DNA from: Candidatus Brocadiia bacterium
GTDB lineage: Bacteria; Planctomycetota; Brocadiia; SM23-32
NCBI GenBank assembly: GCA_046538485.1
Contig: JBKHIT010000019.1
Location: 16,114-80,113 of the forward strand
Reading direction: 5' to 3'
DNA length: 64,000 nucleotides
The notes beneath the pieces were generated by a model. That model was not told the DNA's origin, made no database searches, and was given only the letters and a program-made list of their open reading frames with translations. Below, one piece after another: positions 48,407 through 59,500 of this stretch (position 1 is its first letter; each line of letters opens with the position of its first letter). Made by a program: the position numbers and the translations under genes.

Positions 48407-50761
48407 TCAGTGCTTCTCCTGGATCTCTCGAAGTTCACGACTGATTTTCAGGAATTCGTCCAGTTCCATCTCCCGCAGGAAAACCAGTCCTCGGGTAGCC
48501 CGGATGAGGGCGCTGGGGTGGTTGTGGAACCATTCCCGGCCAAGACACGTTTTCAAAGTGTGATATTGCTCGACCTGGATTTTCCGGGCCAGTTCGCAGA
48601 ACGGTCCGTCGTGTTCGTAGCTGGGGAAAGGCGCATTTTTCTGGGAGTTGAACGTATTCATGAAGGCGCTTCGCATGATCGAGAACATATTCAGAGACAC
48701 CGGAATATAGAGGTTGGCTTCGGCCGGATGGAAACGGTACCAGACGTTTCGGTACCCCCAAACCTTTATGTCATTGTTACCTCCGCCCGCGGCATATTGT
48801 TTCAGCCCTTCCGCCACGACTTGCAGCACTTTGTAGTGAGTATCAGGGCCGCTCGCTTCGGGATCCAGAGCAACGGTCACGATGTCCGGTTTCACGCGTT
48901 CGAGCGTTTCCAAAAACGGAGCAACGTCGCGATCAACGGCGGGCTGTTCTGTGAAAATATCGCCCGTATAGAATCCCAAACGCAGATGCAGAACGTTGCC
49001 GGAATTCCATCCGAAGTAACCCCACAGACATTCGGCTTCCCACTCCCGGCAACGGCCTTTCAGCTCCTGGATGTCGGGGCTATCTTTCTCGCCGGGCCGA
49101 TGCTGTTTGAAATATTCCGTCAACTCCGTCAGCTTTTCGTCGGCTTCGTCCAGTGTTTTGATGTTGTAGACGGCTGTCAGGTCTCTGAGTAACCGCCGGG
49201 CGGATCCTTCGCTCTTCATCCGGTCGGATTGAGCGGCGACGCCGTCCAGATACTGCCAGATATCCCGGTTCCTTCCGTTCGCAGCTTCAGCTGTAAAATA
49301 ATCTTCCCGCATCAGTTCACGGAACTCGGGCGTATGGATCCATTCCTGGAGTTCCGAAATACGGTGCTCCACGAAGCTGTCGGTGACGGCGGTGAAGCCG
49401 CTCGTGAGTGTTGCAAAATAGTGGATGTTGCTCGGGTCGCGGGTGTGACGGACGATGTGGGGAAGATAGCCGAGCATCAGGTCGTCGTGATGCGGTTCGG
49501 TGTGCAGGAAACGGGTATCTTTTCGGATCAGACTCCCGGCGTGCATCTTTTTGAGAAGGCTACCTCTGACGTTCCCCGCGAGTTCGGTCGGGGAGGCGGC
49601 GCGCTTTTCGAGGACCTGCCGGGCCAACCGGTCCTGTGCAAAATCCTCCGCTTCGAGATCGGCGATACGTCCGTCGTGTTCGACCGAGAGATCGATTACG
49701 GCCTTTTCAACTTCGCGGTCGGTGACCTTTTCTTTTTGGCTCAGACGGATGTAGCGGTGTTCGCGCAGATCTTTAGCGGCCCCTTCCGTCAGGTAGAACC
49801 GGGCATTATCGAGTTTATGGAGAGCGGTGGCGGGATAACGCACGTCGGGTTCGTTCTGGATGGCCTCAGCGACCATTGGGGCTTTGGTTTCACCGGCGGC
49901 AATCACGATGGCCGTGCAATCGGGATTAGCTGTGATCGTCCCAAGGCCAATCGTGATAACACGACGGTCGCGAGCCAGGGCCATGCCGCCCAGATCCGTG
50001 GCAGCGGCCGCTTGAGTTTCGTAGTTGGTAGCGGCAAGGCGTGTGGTGGAATGGTGGTCGGAACCGCGTACGTTAAAGGCGATATGACCATCCGGACCGA
50101 TCCCACCGAGAAAGAATCCAATTCCGCCCATTTCCCGGATCCGGTTCTCATAGCGTCGACACCATTCATCAACGTCGAACAGAACCTCCTGTTGCAGTTC
50201 TTCGAGCGGGGTTTCCGGCGCACGGTGGCGAAGTGAAAGGTCAACTTGAGCGCCGGGCCATACGTCTTCGAGCGTCTGATTCTTTGGTAGGCCGATCTCC
50301 CGGCAGTTTATGAGGAGGGCTCGCTCCGGATCGAGACCCAGCTGCCCGATATAAAACTCGTTCACATAGGAATAGAAACTATGCTCGTGGGACGGGTCAA
50401 TCGGGTAGAATTCATCGATCTGGACAAAACGGAGTCGACTGAGATTGGGCGGGTTAGCGGTACTGATCCCGCATTTTTCCAATTCAGTCCGAGTTCCGGC
50501 GTCCTCCCAGGTATTGAGGAGGTGGTTGACCCATTTAATGAAATACTCCGGGGTTTTCCCGGTCGGGAGACTGACAACACCTTCCGGATTGTCCAGAACC
50601 CACTCAATGAAACGGAGCGCGGTCAGCTTGCCGAGGTCCGGGAACGTTTCGACGACGATGGACGGGAGTTTTTCGGTCGGTGGGTAGACCCCTGCGAACG
50701 GGCTTTCCTGGAGGGCTTTCTGCTCGACGGGGCTGAGATTGATGTTGGAATCAGGAGTCAT
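48407..50761 (-). CDS. nagB: glucosamine-6-phosphate deaminase fused to a PIG-L/LmbE-like domain
   Basis: LPTGKTP, QIDEFYP, GGIGPDGHIAFN, ITIGLGTI; then EPHHDD and GPDTHY; ATG 50761 inferred. Confidence 0.88.
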   Translation of the reverse strand: MTPDSNINLSPVEQKALQESPFAGVYPPTEKLPSIVVETFPDLGKLTALRFIEWVLDNPEGVVSLPTGKTPEYFIKWVNHLLNTWEDAGTRTELEKCGISTANPPNLSRLRFVQIDEFYPIDPSHEHSFYSYVNEFYIGQLGLDPERALLINCREIGLPKNQTLEDVWPGAQVDLSLRHRAPETPLEELQQEVLFDVDEWCRRYENRIREMGGIGFFLGGIGPDGHIAFNVRGSDHHSTTRLAATNYETQAAAATDLGGMALARDRRVITIGLGTITANPDCTAIVIAAGETKAPMVAEAIQNEPDVRYPATALHKLDNARFYLTEGAAKDLREHRYIRLSQKEKVTDREVEKAVIDLSVEHDGRIADLEAEDFAQDRLARQVLEKRAASPTELAGNVRGSLLKKMHAGSLIRKDTRFLHTEPHHDDLMLGYLPHIVRHTRDPSNIHYFATLTSGFTAVTDSFVEHRISELQEWIHTPEFRELMREDYFTAEAANGRNRDIWQYLDGVAAQSDRMKSEGSARRLLRDLTAVYNIKTLDEADEKLTELTEYFKQHRPGEKDSPDIQELKGRCREWEAECLWGYFGWNSGNVLHLRLGFYTGDIFTEQPAVDRDVAPFLETLERVKPDIVTVALDPEASGPDTHYKVLQVVAEGLKQYAAGGGNNDIKVWGYRNVWYRFHPAEANLYIPVSLNMFSIMRSAFMNTFNSQKNAPFPSYEHDGPFCELARKIQVEQYHTLKTCLGREWFHNHPSALIRATRGLVFLREMELDEFLKISRELREIQEKH

Positions 50762-51165
50762 GTTTCGCGGGTTAAGTGAGGAAATGTGACCCGCTATTAT
50801 GGAGGACAAGGGGGTGAGGCACAAGAGGGGAATGTGCGAGAAGGAATTTGCGCTGCGTGTCTCTACGAGTTGTGGTAGTCAGGCTTTTCCCGAAAATTAC
50901 GGGGGCTGTGGTGGCTGGTTCTGGCATTCAGTTCCGAGGCTGATTCGCCGGCACAGAGCCTCAGGGCACAGAACGGCAGGCGTGCTCGACCATGGTCAGT
51001 TTTTTTGCGAAATAGCAAGCGTAGCGCGAGGCTCGCAGGCAAGGTGCCTGCTCTACTATAACGGCGCTTGCCAGCAATCCACGCCACGAGGTGTTGGCCC
51101 GTTCAGTATGACAGGCATCTGTGTGCGTTTAGCGTGCGTAACATCAGCCATCCACGCTCACATTG

Positions 51166-51268
51166 TCATTGCGAGGCGTTCCGCGCAGTGGGACGCTGCG
51201 GCAATTTGGCTGCTGGGCTGAAAAAAGGACCAGATCGCTTTGCCGATCTTACGATGCACTCGCAATGA
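51166..51268. repeat. palindromic extragenic element (TCATTGCGAG...CTCGCAATGA)
   Basis: perfect 10-bp terminal inverted repeats around GCAAT/GATCGC inner arms. Confidence 0.65.
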
Positions 51269-51523
51269 TCCCGGAGGCGGACCTGTCGTTGGTTGTTGGT
51301 CTTTGTTCTGCGATGCCTGCAGGCTTTTGTATCGCGTTCTGAACTGCAGCCTTGGGCTGAAGTCCAGTCCGCTCGCGCGAGCTGCCGAGTGGAGTTGTCC
51401 GTTTTGGGAGTACCTGAGGTGGACTATGAGCCCCAGAAGCGCAATCGGAGCTTGTCCGCGAGGTGCAGGTGTGCGTCGCCCTGTCGGCGCTATCCTTGCC
51501 GTTCTTGCTGTTGGAAACTGGGG

Positions 51524-52756
51524 CTATTTCGTGGGGTCCATCAGTCGACCCATGAACAAGATGCTGTTGGTCTTACGGTCGCGGATGAGGAACAGGAATG
51601 GGTGGTCGGCGATGAATTTTTTCGGCGGGGCCACATGCGCTGCGGTGGCGCCGACAGCGATCCCCGTGGCGGCGGCCGCTTCGGTTCCTTCCTCGTAAAC
51701 ATCAACGTAGGCTTTGTGGATAGCGGCTTGAATGTAAAGATCGCGCCGACCGTTCATCCCGCTGAAATTAGCTTTACCTTTCTGGAAAGCATTGACCATC
51801 CCCATTTTTTTGAGCGTGTCCCCGAGCATGAATTTGGTCTCCAGCTTGAATTTCGGCATCGCCACGGTGACTCTTGGGTGCCCCATACGTTTGAGCCATT
51901 TAGCCAGTTTCTTCTCAGTGAGGGATTCTTCCAGCTTCGGAAGGCCGTCGTCCTCTTTGGGAAGGAGTACCACCATCGAGAGTTCGTGTTTTGTGTAGGG
52001 CATCTCGAGGATTTTCAGGTCATCCAGCTCGCGATAACCAAAGGTTTCGGTTTGATGCATCATAGGATTCTTGACTTTTGTGCCATCCAGAAGGATAAAG
52101 GGTTCTTTTCGGGTGGCGCTTTCGTTGAACGTTTCGGCCCATCGCGCCTTGAAATAAATGGCATTTGTCAGTACCAGCCGGGTCATCCGATCAATACTGC
52201 CTCTGGGCATAAGCTTCTTGATTTTGTTCTGAGTTTCCTGGGCGACCCATTTGTTGATGCGTTTTCGAGAGGGTTCGGTGTTATTTTTGAAATCGACTTC
52301 TTTCAGGCCCGCATTGTAGTATTTTTGCGTGAGACTGAGGTATGCCTTTCTAAAATCGTAACCTTTCTGTCCCCAGAGGGCATTGGCAACGCTGAGGTTG
52401 TAGTTCCCCCGTTTCTGTCGTGCGTTGAGGTTATCGATCAGTTTTGCAAAGGCTTTATTAAGTTCCTTGCCCCGGCAGGGGAAATGGAGCACTTTCTCCA
52501 TCTGTTCGGCTGTTTCCCCGCGAGCGCCCGCATAGGCCAGAGCGAAGGCCGTTGAGACGCTGAAAGGCGAGAGGAAAAGGTTCTCACCCTCGTGGGATTT
52601 GTTCTGCCGGAGCTGTTCATAAAGCGCGACGGCAAAGGCGTTGTTGCCCTCCGGGAGATCCCCGGACGTTTTGGGCCGGGCGAAAACAGGGTTCATGCCC
52701 ATTCCAAAAACTATGACTGTCAGGCCAGTTATTACAATATTCCGTATCCTATCCAT
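51524..52756 (-). CDS. serpin (serine protease inhibitor), secreted
   Basis: NNAFA..LY, NLFLSPFS, LTNAIYFK, hinge EEGTEAAAAT, FIADHPFLF, LFMGR; AAGGAG RBS. Confidence 0.96.
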   Translation of the reverse strand: MDRIRNIVITGLTVIVFGMGMNPVFARPKTSGDLPEGNNAFAVALYEQLRQNKSHEGENLFLSPFSVSTAFALAYAGARGETAEQMEKVLHFPCRGKELNKAFAKLIDNLNARQKRGNYNLSVANALWGQKGYDFRKAYLSLTQKYYNAGLKEVDFKNNTEPSRKRINKWVAQETQNKIKKLMPRGSIDRMTRLVLTNAIYFKARWAETFNESATRKEPFILLDGTKVKNPMMHQTETFGYRELDDLKILEMPYTKHELSMVVLLPKEDDGLPKLEESLTEKKLAKWLKRMGHPRVTVAMPKFKLETKFMLGDTLKKMGMVNAFQKGKANFSGMNGRRDLYIQAAIHKAYVDVYEEGTEAAAATGIAVGATAAHVAPPKKFIADHPFLFLIRDRKTNSILFMGRLMDPTK

Positions 52757-52868
52757 CGGCCACTCCTTTCTTACGTTTCCTTGTCGTTTCTTGTTCCGCA
52801 TCAAATCCGATCCGTCAAACGTTGCCGTATTTGCGAATCAGACCACTAAGTCATATTTCACGACGACA

Positions 52869-54611
52869 TCAAGCCTCTGGGCTCATTAGTTGCCCGAGAA
52901 ACAGGATTGTTCCGGTTTTTTTGTCGCATACTGCGAAAACGAAAGGATGATCGGCCTTGAAAACAACAGGTGGTGAGGATATAGATTCTCGTTCCATGGC
53001 CACGGCTGTCGCCGCTGCCGCTTCTGTGCCTTTTTCGTTCACATCGCCGAACGCCTCATGGATTACTTTTGAGATGAACAGGTCCCTGCGTCCGGCGATA
53101 CCGGAAAAATCGGCGTTTTTCGGCGAGAAGGCATCGGTCATGCCCATTGCTTTCAGGTTTTTTTTGAGACAAATCCGGTATTTGAGTTTAAAGCGCGGTA
53201 TCTCCACGGTTACACGCCGGGCTTGCAGCTGGCGCCGCCAGATTCGTAAGGTTTGCGCGGACAGACGTTTCGTGAGCTGGTCGAGAGTTCCTTTTTTCGG
53301 CAGGAGAACCAGCATGACCAGATCGTCGCCTTTGTATGGAAGTTCAAGACACTGGATATCCCCGAATTTGCCGTACCGAAAAGATTCCGTCTGGTTCATC
53401 ATGGGGACTTGAACGGTTTTGCCTCCACTCAGGTGGAAAGGCTTTTTCTGAGTGAGGTTTTCTCCGAATTTTGACTCCCAGGTTCCGAGGAAGTAGATGG
53501 CATTTGTCAGGATCAGTCGCACGGCGGGATTCACGTCGTCTTTTTTGAGGAGGTCTTTGATTTGGTTCTTCGTTTCTTCGGCGACCCAGTCGTTTATTGT
53601 TTTACGGGCTGTCTCGGTCTGGCTTTTGAAATCGACTGTTCGGAGGCCAGCCCCGTAATTTTTTTCGACCAGCGAGACGAACTGACGCCGGAAACCGCCC
53701 CCTTTTTGCCCCCAGAGGGCGTTTGCGACGTTGACTTGATACGGTTTTTCTTTTGAACCTGCAATAAGGCGATCTGCGATTCTGCCAGATGCTGCGTGCA
53801 GTTTTTCGTCCGGAATCTGGAAACGGAGCACATTTTTCATTTCCCAGGACGTTTTCCCCCGCGCCCCGGCGTATGTCATCGTGAGGGCCGCAGAGATGCT
53901 AAATGGAGAGAAGAATATGTTGCGCTGTTTCTCGGGTTCTCCGGGAGAGAGCTGTCGGAATAGATCGAATGCGAAAGCGTTGTTCGAATCGGCGATTGCA
54001 CGAAGAGGATGCGTTGAGCGGGTTTTTGTCGATTTCTCCCGCCCGACCGTAACAGAGACTTCATTGCTTCTGATGGTGCCGCTCCAGGGCTGTCCCTCAA
54101 CCGATTTCACCATGGAGTCGGGCAGTTTTGCGAAATCCCATTTGAACCAGACCCGGTAAGTGTCGGAGGGGAGATGCGCCACCGTCCTGGCGCCACTGAC
54201 GAATTTGTAGTCTTCCGGGCGGATGGACACTTCGAACTGCGATATCTGGCCGGGATCAAGCTCTTTGATGGCCAGCTTATATGGGTGTTTGGGTGGAGGT
54301 TTGTTTCTGTCTCGTTTCGTGTGCCACTGCCGTGAACGTTTTTCCGGTTTGATTGATTCTTCCAAAACGATTTTGTATTCGAGCTGAACGGGTTTCACGA
54401 CGGGCAGAAGTTTTTTGGTTTTGGAGAGGTTCTGGAGTGTTACCGTGAATTTGAAAGGATCACCGGCGGCTACCTGCTGGGCGGCTGGCGCGGCCTGGAG
54501 CCGGAGGGGCTTTTTTGATTCTGCAACTTTATCGGCTGCGTTGATTGTTTGGAGAAAGGTGAGAACAAGGAATAGAAGAAAAAACGAGGGGAATGGTTTT
54601 TGATATTGCAT
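52869..54611 (-). CDS. serpin with an extra N-terminal beta-rich (Ig-like) domain, secreted
   Basis: signal peptide, ~160-aa extra domain, NNAFAFDLF, NIFFSPFS, hinge EKGTEAAAAT, FKADHPF. Confidence 0.95.
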   Translation of the reverse strand: MQYQKPFPSFFLLFLVLTFLQTINAADKVAESKKPLRLQAAPAAQQVAAGDPFKFTVTLQNLSKTKKLLPVVKPVQLEYKIVLEESIKPEKRSRQWHTKRDRNKPPPKHPYKLAIKELDPGQISQFEVSIRPEDYKFVSGARTVAHLPSDTYRVWFKWDFAKLPDSMVKSVEGQPWSGTIRSNEVSVTVGREKSTKTRSTHPLRAIADSNNAFAFDLFRQLSPGEPEKQRNIFFSPFSISAALTMTYAGARGKTSWEMKNVLRFQIPDEKLHAASGRIADRLIAGSKEKPYQVNVANALWGQKGGGFRRQFVSLVEKNYGAGLRTVDFKSQTETARKTINDWVAEETKNQIKDLLKKDDVNPAVRLILTNAIYFLGTWESKFGENLTQKKPFHLSGGKTVQVPMMNQTESFRYGKFGDIQCLELPYKGDDLVMLVLLPKKGTLDQLTKRLSAQTLRIWRRQLQARRVTVEIPRFKLKYRICLKKNLKAMGMTDAFSPKNADFSGIAGRRDLFISKVIHEAFGDVNEKGTEAAAATAVAMERESISSPPVVFKADHPFVFAVCDKKTGTILFLGQLMSPEA

Positions 54612-54680
54612 GATCTGTTCCTTTGTGTATCCAGATATGATTGCCAATTTTCCGTCTTAAGCTGTTTTGGCCCGGATTGC

Positions 54681-56282
54681 TCAGGCAACCGTGAAACTCA
54701 CAACGGTTTCTTCGCTCTCGGTATAGCCGATACGGGTGGCTTTGGCACGGATCGTCGTCTTCCCTTCCGGCAGTCGAATCGGATCTGTGTAGAGGTGCCA
54801 TCGGGCATCATCTCCTTCGTCGGTGGTGTACGTCATCGACGCACCCTGCGTGGCACAATGGAACTGGAGCAGGGCGGGACCGTCGAGAGAATTCTCACCG
54901 CTGGCCGGAGTGCGCCCATAATTTTCCTCGCAGATGGGGATAAGAACCGGCGATGCGGTCTGTGGCTGTTTTCCGTTGGGGTACCACTGCTCGACCATCT
55001 CAGATTCGGGAATCTCGCCCATATCACCGACATCCGAGCGCCACTGTTCCGCCGCCGCTCGAAGCCGCTGGAGTTCCGGTTCGTAATCGGGATCGTCGGC
55101 CAGATTGTTGATCTCCCACGGATCGTTTTGCGTGTCGTAAAGTTCCTCTACCGGACGAGGCTGGAACATGATATTTTCCGGCCACTCCAGTTCGTTTTCC
55201 AGATGCAGACGCCACCATTCTTCGACGATGGGGTGCCGGTTCCGGAAGGGGATCCATAGCAAGTAGGGCAGTTCAGGGCGGTGGTGGCGAATGTATTTGA
55301 AACGTTTATCGCGTGCGGCGCGAATCATATCGTAGGTTTCATCGTATCGATCCCGCGACATGAAGACGTATTCTCGGGGAGAAGCGGTCTGCTCGCCCAA
55401 AAAGGCGCGTCCCTGCATGTGAGGTGGAACATCGATACCAACCGCCGAAAGGACGGTCGGTCCAAGGTCCAGCGTGCTGATGAGGCGGTCGCTGACCGAT
55501 CCGGGCTCCAGCTCACCGGGCCAGCGGACAATCATCGGTACGTGGACGCCGCTGTCGTAGGGCCAGCGTTTACCCCGGGGCATCGGACCGTGATCGCTCC
55601 AGTGGAAGACGATGGTGTTGTCAGCAAGCCCGTCTTCCTGGAGCTGATCGAGAAGTTCGCCGAGATAACGGTCATTGTTTTCGATATGGGTGTACATCCG
55701 CGCCATGGCAAGGCGTACTTTTTCCGTGTCCGGGAAATAGGGCGGCAGGACCATATCATCGGGGTCGAAAGTCGGGTCGGGGCATTTCTCGGGCCACATC
55801 CCGCTCTCGTGGGTTTCTGTTGGGTTGAAAACGGCGAAAAAGGGTTGATCCGGGTCGGGACGATTGCACCAGTGGGCTTCGGTGCTGAGTTCATCCCACG
55901 CGGTGACAGGGGGCTCGAACTGATAGTCGGTTTTGACGTTATTGGTGCAGTAGTAACCCTCGGCGCGGAGGTATTCGCTGAAACATTTGACGTAATGCGG
56001 GACGACCGCGGAATAGGGGGTCGGCATTTCGGGCGTGGCTTCGTTGGTGTGCGCCGTGCGCATGTGATGCGTGCCGATTGAGATGGGATACATTCCGGTG
56101 ATGATAGCCGACCGGGACGGCGCGCAGACACCCGTTGTGCTGAAGGTGTTGGGCCAGCGACAACCTTCAGCCGCCAGCTGGTCCAGGTTCGGCGTCCGGG
56201 CGACGGAATCGCCATAGCAGCCGTAGAAGGGATTCGTATCTTCGAACGAGATCCAGAGGATGTTTGGTCTGTCTTTGCTCAT
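54681..56282 (-). CDS. sulfatase (CAPSR) with C-terminal Fn3-associated/chitobiase-like domain
   Basis: RPNILWISFED, VCAPSR..ITG, WSDHG, ELYD...DPWE; CATQGASMTYT..LY..PI..IRAKA.RIGY tail. Confidence 0.93.
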   Translation of the reverse strand: MSKDRPNILWISFEDTNPFYGCYGDSVARTPNLDQLAAEGCRWPNTFSTTGVCAPSRSAIITGMYPISIGTHHMRTAHTNEATPEMPTPYSAVVPHYVKCFSEYLRAEGYYCTNNVKTDYQFEPPVTAWDELSTEAHWCNRPDPDQPFFAVFNPTETHESGMWPEKCPDPTFDPDDMVLPPYFPDTEKVRLAMARMYTHIENNDRYLGELLDQLQEDGLADNTIVFHWSDHGPMPRGKRWPYDSGVHVPMIVRWPGELEPGSVSDRLISTLDLGPTVLSAVGIDVPPHMQGRAFLGEQTASPREYVFMSRDRYDETYDMIRAARDKRFKYIRHHRPELPYLLWIPFRNRHPIVEEWWRLHLENELEWPENIMFQPRPVEELYDTQNDPWEINNLADDPDYEPELQRLRAAAEQWRSDVGDMGEIPESEMVEQWYPNGKQPQTASPVLIPICEENYGRTPASGENSLDGPALLQFHCATQGASMTYTTDEGDDARWHLYTDPIRLPEGKTTIRAKATRIGYTESEETVVSFTVA

Positions 56283-56511
56283 GACTGGTCCCAGTATTTC
56301 GAAAAAGAAATCAGTGTAATTCCCGCGGATTCTGGAAAACCCATATTAATTCATTTGTGGTGCTAACCCAACTGGGGAAGTAAGTGAGAGGGGCGAAAGG
56401 GACGTAAGGGGCAGAAGGTGCCTGATAGAGGAGGGAGAAACGAGTCGCGCGGCAGGAACGCTGTTTCGGAGTTGTCTTTTAGCGAACTGGCGGCCCGCCG
56501 AGACACTTCTG

Positions 56512-59500
56512 TCAGTCCACGATCTCCATCACGAGTTCTTCGCTATTGGCCTTCAGTTCGGGCACATACATGCCGTAGAGTTTGGCCGGGAGGGCGTGGA
56601 AGACGCCGGGGATTTCGGCCCGCAGGCGGTACCGGAGCAGATGGTCGCCCTGTTCGATGGAGTTCATAAAGAAGGTGACTTTTTCGTCGCGAAGCTCCAT
56701 GTAGGTGTAGAACCCTTCCTGCCGTTTCCCGCCGCTGCGCAGGCGCAGGGGTTCACACCCGGCCGGTTTCATATCCTCGAAACAGAGGTAAGTGTAGTTG
56801 TTATCCGCGCTGACCTCCAATTCCACCTGAATTGTCTCACCGCTTTCGATCCGATCGCCATCATCGAGGGGAACGCGCTTGTAGCGGAGCCGTTTTTCCA
56901 TAATTTTTTGTCCTTCTGCTCCTTCCACCTCGACTTCATAGGGGATTTGCTGGAGTTTGAAGTAGCGGCGTTTTACTTTGAGGTGATGGCCGGCGGCCCC
57001 GATATGTTCTTCTTTGGTGAAATACCGCAGATAGCTGTTGTAGTAAAGGGCACCCGGTCCCTCTTTGGTGATTTTAAGGGTGTGTTTTCCGCCGCCGAGA
57101 GTGACGCCCTCAACCACCATTTTGTTGTCGTAGGTGAAGAAATTGTCTTTATTAATTTTCACCTTTTTCGTGACGGCGCCGTTGTCGAGGTCCAGAGTGA
57201 GCGTGTAGTCGGGCTGTCCCTCGCCGCTGGCAACGACGAAATCGCTCATAGCAGCGACGCAGAGGGTGGTGTCGCGCGTCGATCGCCAGTAGTAGCCGTT
57301 GCGGCGGTTTTCGAGGAGCCATTTGACGAGTTTGGGTGCATCATCGCTCTTTGGTTGGAGGCGGATGATGGCACGGAGGATCCAGGCATTGGTTTCGATA
57401 TCGTTGTTCCACCAATACCACCAGCCACGGTCGGGCGTGCGGAACCAGACCATCTCAGTATCTTTGTTTTCCTCCCTGTATTGCATGATGTTTTGCAGCA
57501 CAGTTTCCGCCCGCTTCGTATCGTCCAGGTTGGCGAGGGCCATTGACAGCAGGGCTTTTCCGTAGAGATTGAGTTTGTCGCGGCCTTTGTAGAGGCGGTC
57601 CAGACCGTCACCGGGTCGGTCGTCTTTCTTCCCGGGTTTGATTTTGGGCCGCATCTTTTTCTGTGAGAGCACGTAGCAGGCGAACGCGTGGCGGGCGTGC
57701 GGGCTCCACCAGTTTTTCCGCATTTCTCCCTCTTCCCACCGTTTCAGGAATTGGAGACCCCGGCGCAGCATATTCTGGTCCACTTTGACATCCGCCTTCT
57801 GCGCTTCCAGCAGGGAATAGGTGACGTAGCTGGTGAGGTAACCGCTGGAATCACCGCGTTTCCACCAGGCCCATCCGCCGTCGCCGTGTTGCATGTCGGC
57901 GATGCGCTTGAGACCTTTTTTGATGATTTTGTTCATTTTCTTGGAATTGAAGACGGGGTTCTCGGCGTAGGAACCGTATATTTTGATATTTTCTCCCTCT
58001 TCAATGCGGCGAATTTCGTCCATCCGGCCGCGAGCCTTCCTGACCTCCTCGAGGTTGATACCCATATTCTGGAGCGTTTTCAGTGTCAGAACGGCCGGAA
58101 GGAAACGGCTCATGGTCTGCTCGGTGCAGCCGTAGGGGTAGTCGAGACAGTAGGGCAGGGCGTCGAGCATAGCGCCGACCAGGCTCGGGGCATACTGGAT
58201 CTCCAGATGCGTGAGTTCCGGACGGCGTTTCTCCGGCACATCGAGGGTGATTGTGTGGGTGGCCTGTTTTTCATGCGGGCGCATGGAACCGGTCTTTGCG
58301 ACCTGTTTTGTCATTCCGTGGACGAGCACCGGGAAGGTCATCTGCATGGCATCCGACTCTTCGTCGGTGAGAGCTTTGACGGTGATTTTCGCTGTGCCCT
58401 CTTTGAGTACTTTCACGCGCCAGTCGACCCGCTTTTCGCCGTCAGCGGGGACCTCGATGGTTCGCTCGACCCTGGAACCTTCCATAATTTTCAGGAGTTT
58501 TTCGGGTACATTGAGGCTGACTCGAGCCGTTTTGTCCTCGCCCAGGTAATTATGGACGTTGGCGCTGAGGACCACTTCGTCGTATTCCAAGAAGAAGCGG
58601 GGTGCCTGAAGCCGGACGATCAGGTTTTTGGTGGTGATGGCCTGAGTGGAGGCCTGTCCGACACGTGTCTTTTGGGTCATGGCCCAGCTATTGATCTTCC
58701 AGGTGGTGAGATTCTCCGGCATGTCCACCGTGACGGACGCTTTTCCGTCCTGGCCGGTCTGCACGTCGGTGAGCCAGATGGCGGTGTCGGAGAATTGTTT
58801 ACGCACTTCAGCTTCAGCGAATTGCTGGCCGGATCCACCGCCGCCCGACCTGTCTTCGGCTTCTCCTTTTTTCCTTGCCTTCTCAATGCCAGCCGGGGCA
58901 GGGGCGGCGCTGTCGGCCGCGGCTTCCATTGCCAGAGCGCCTCCGGCCTTCTGGGTCCTTGCGCGACCCAATTTTCTCCCGGCTACGTTTCTTCCGGCGG
59001 TTTGTTTTTCGAGTTCCTGGAGTTTTGTGGGTTGCACAGTTCTCCAATCTCCCAGCCTTGTGCCCCAGATCCCATTCCATTCCGGCGGTGTGGGATGAAT
59101 ATGCTGGAACGGGCGACTGACCGACCCGACTGCGCTGAATTGCTCGAGCAGGTTCGTGCGCATCTGAAGAGTGTGGTGTCGGAGATTCCCATGGAAGAAT
59201 TTTTTGATCTCCGGCGTATACTCGGGCTGGATATACAGCACGGATTTGTCAAATGTGCTGAGACAAACCTGGGCGTTCACTGGATTATCATTCAGATCTT
59301 TCGCTTCGATGTGGATTTTTGCCTTTTCACCCGGACGATATTCTGGCTTATCGGATTCAACGTTAACTTTAACGACCTTTTTCTCGGGCGGCACGCAGAT
59401 TCGTTTCGCCTGTTGATGCACCCGTGTGCCGGCGACTGTCGTGGCTTCGAGGAAGAAGTTTGGTTCGTGTTCCTTTTTGATGGGGATTTCGAGGACCTTG

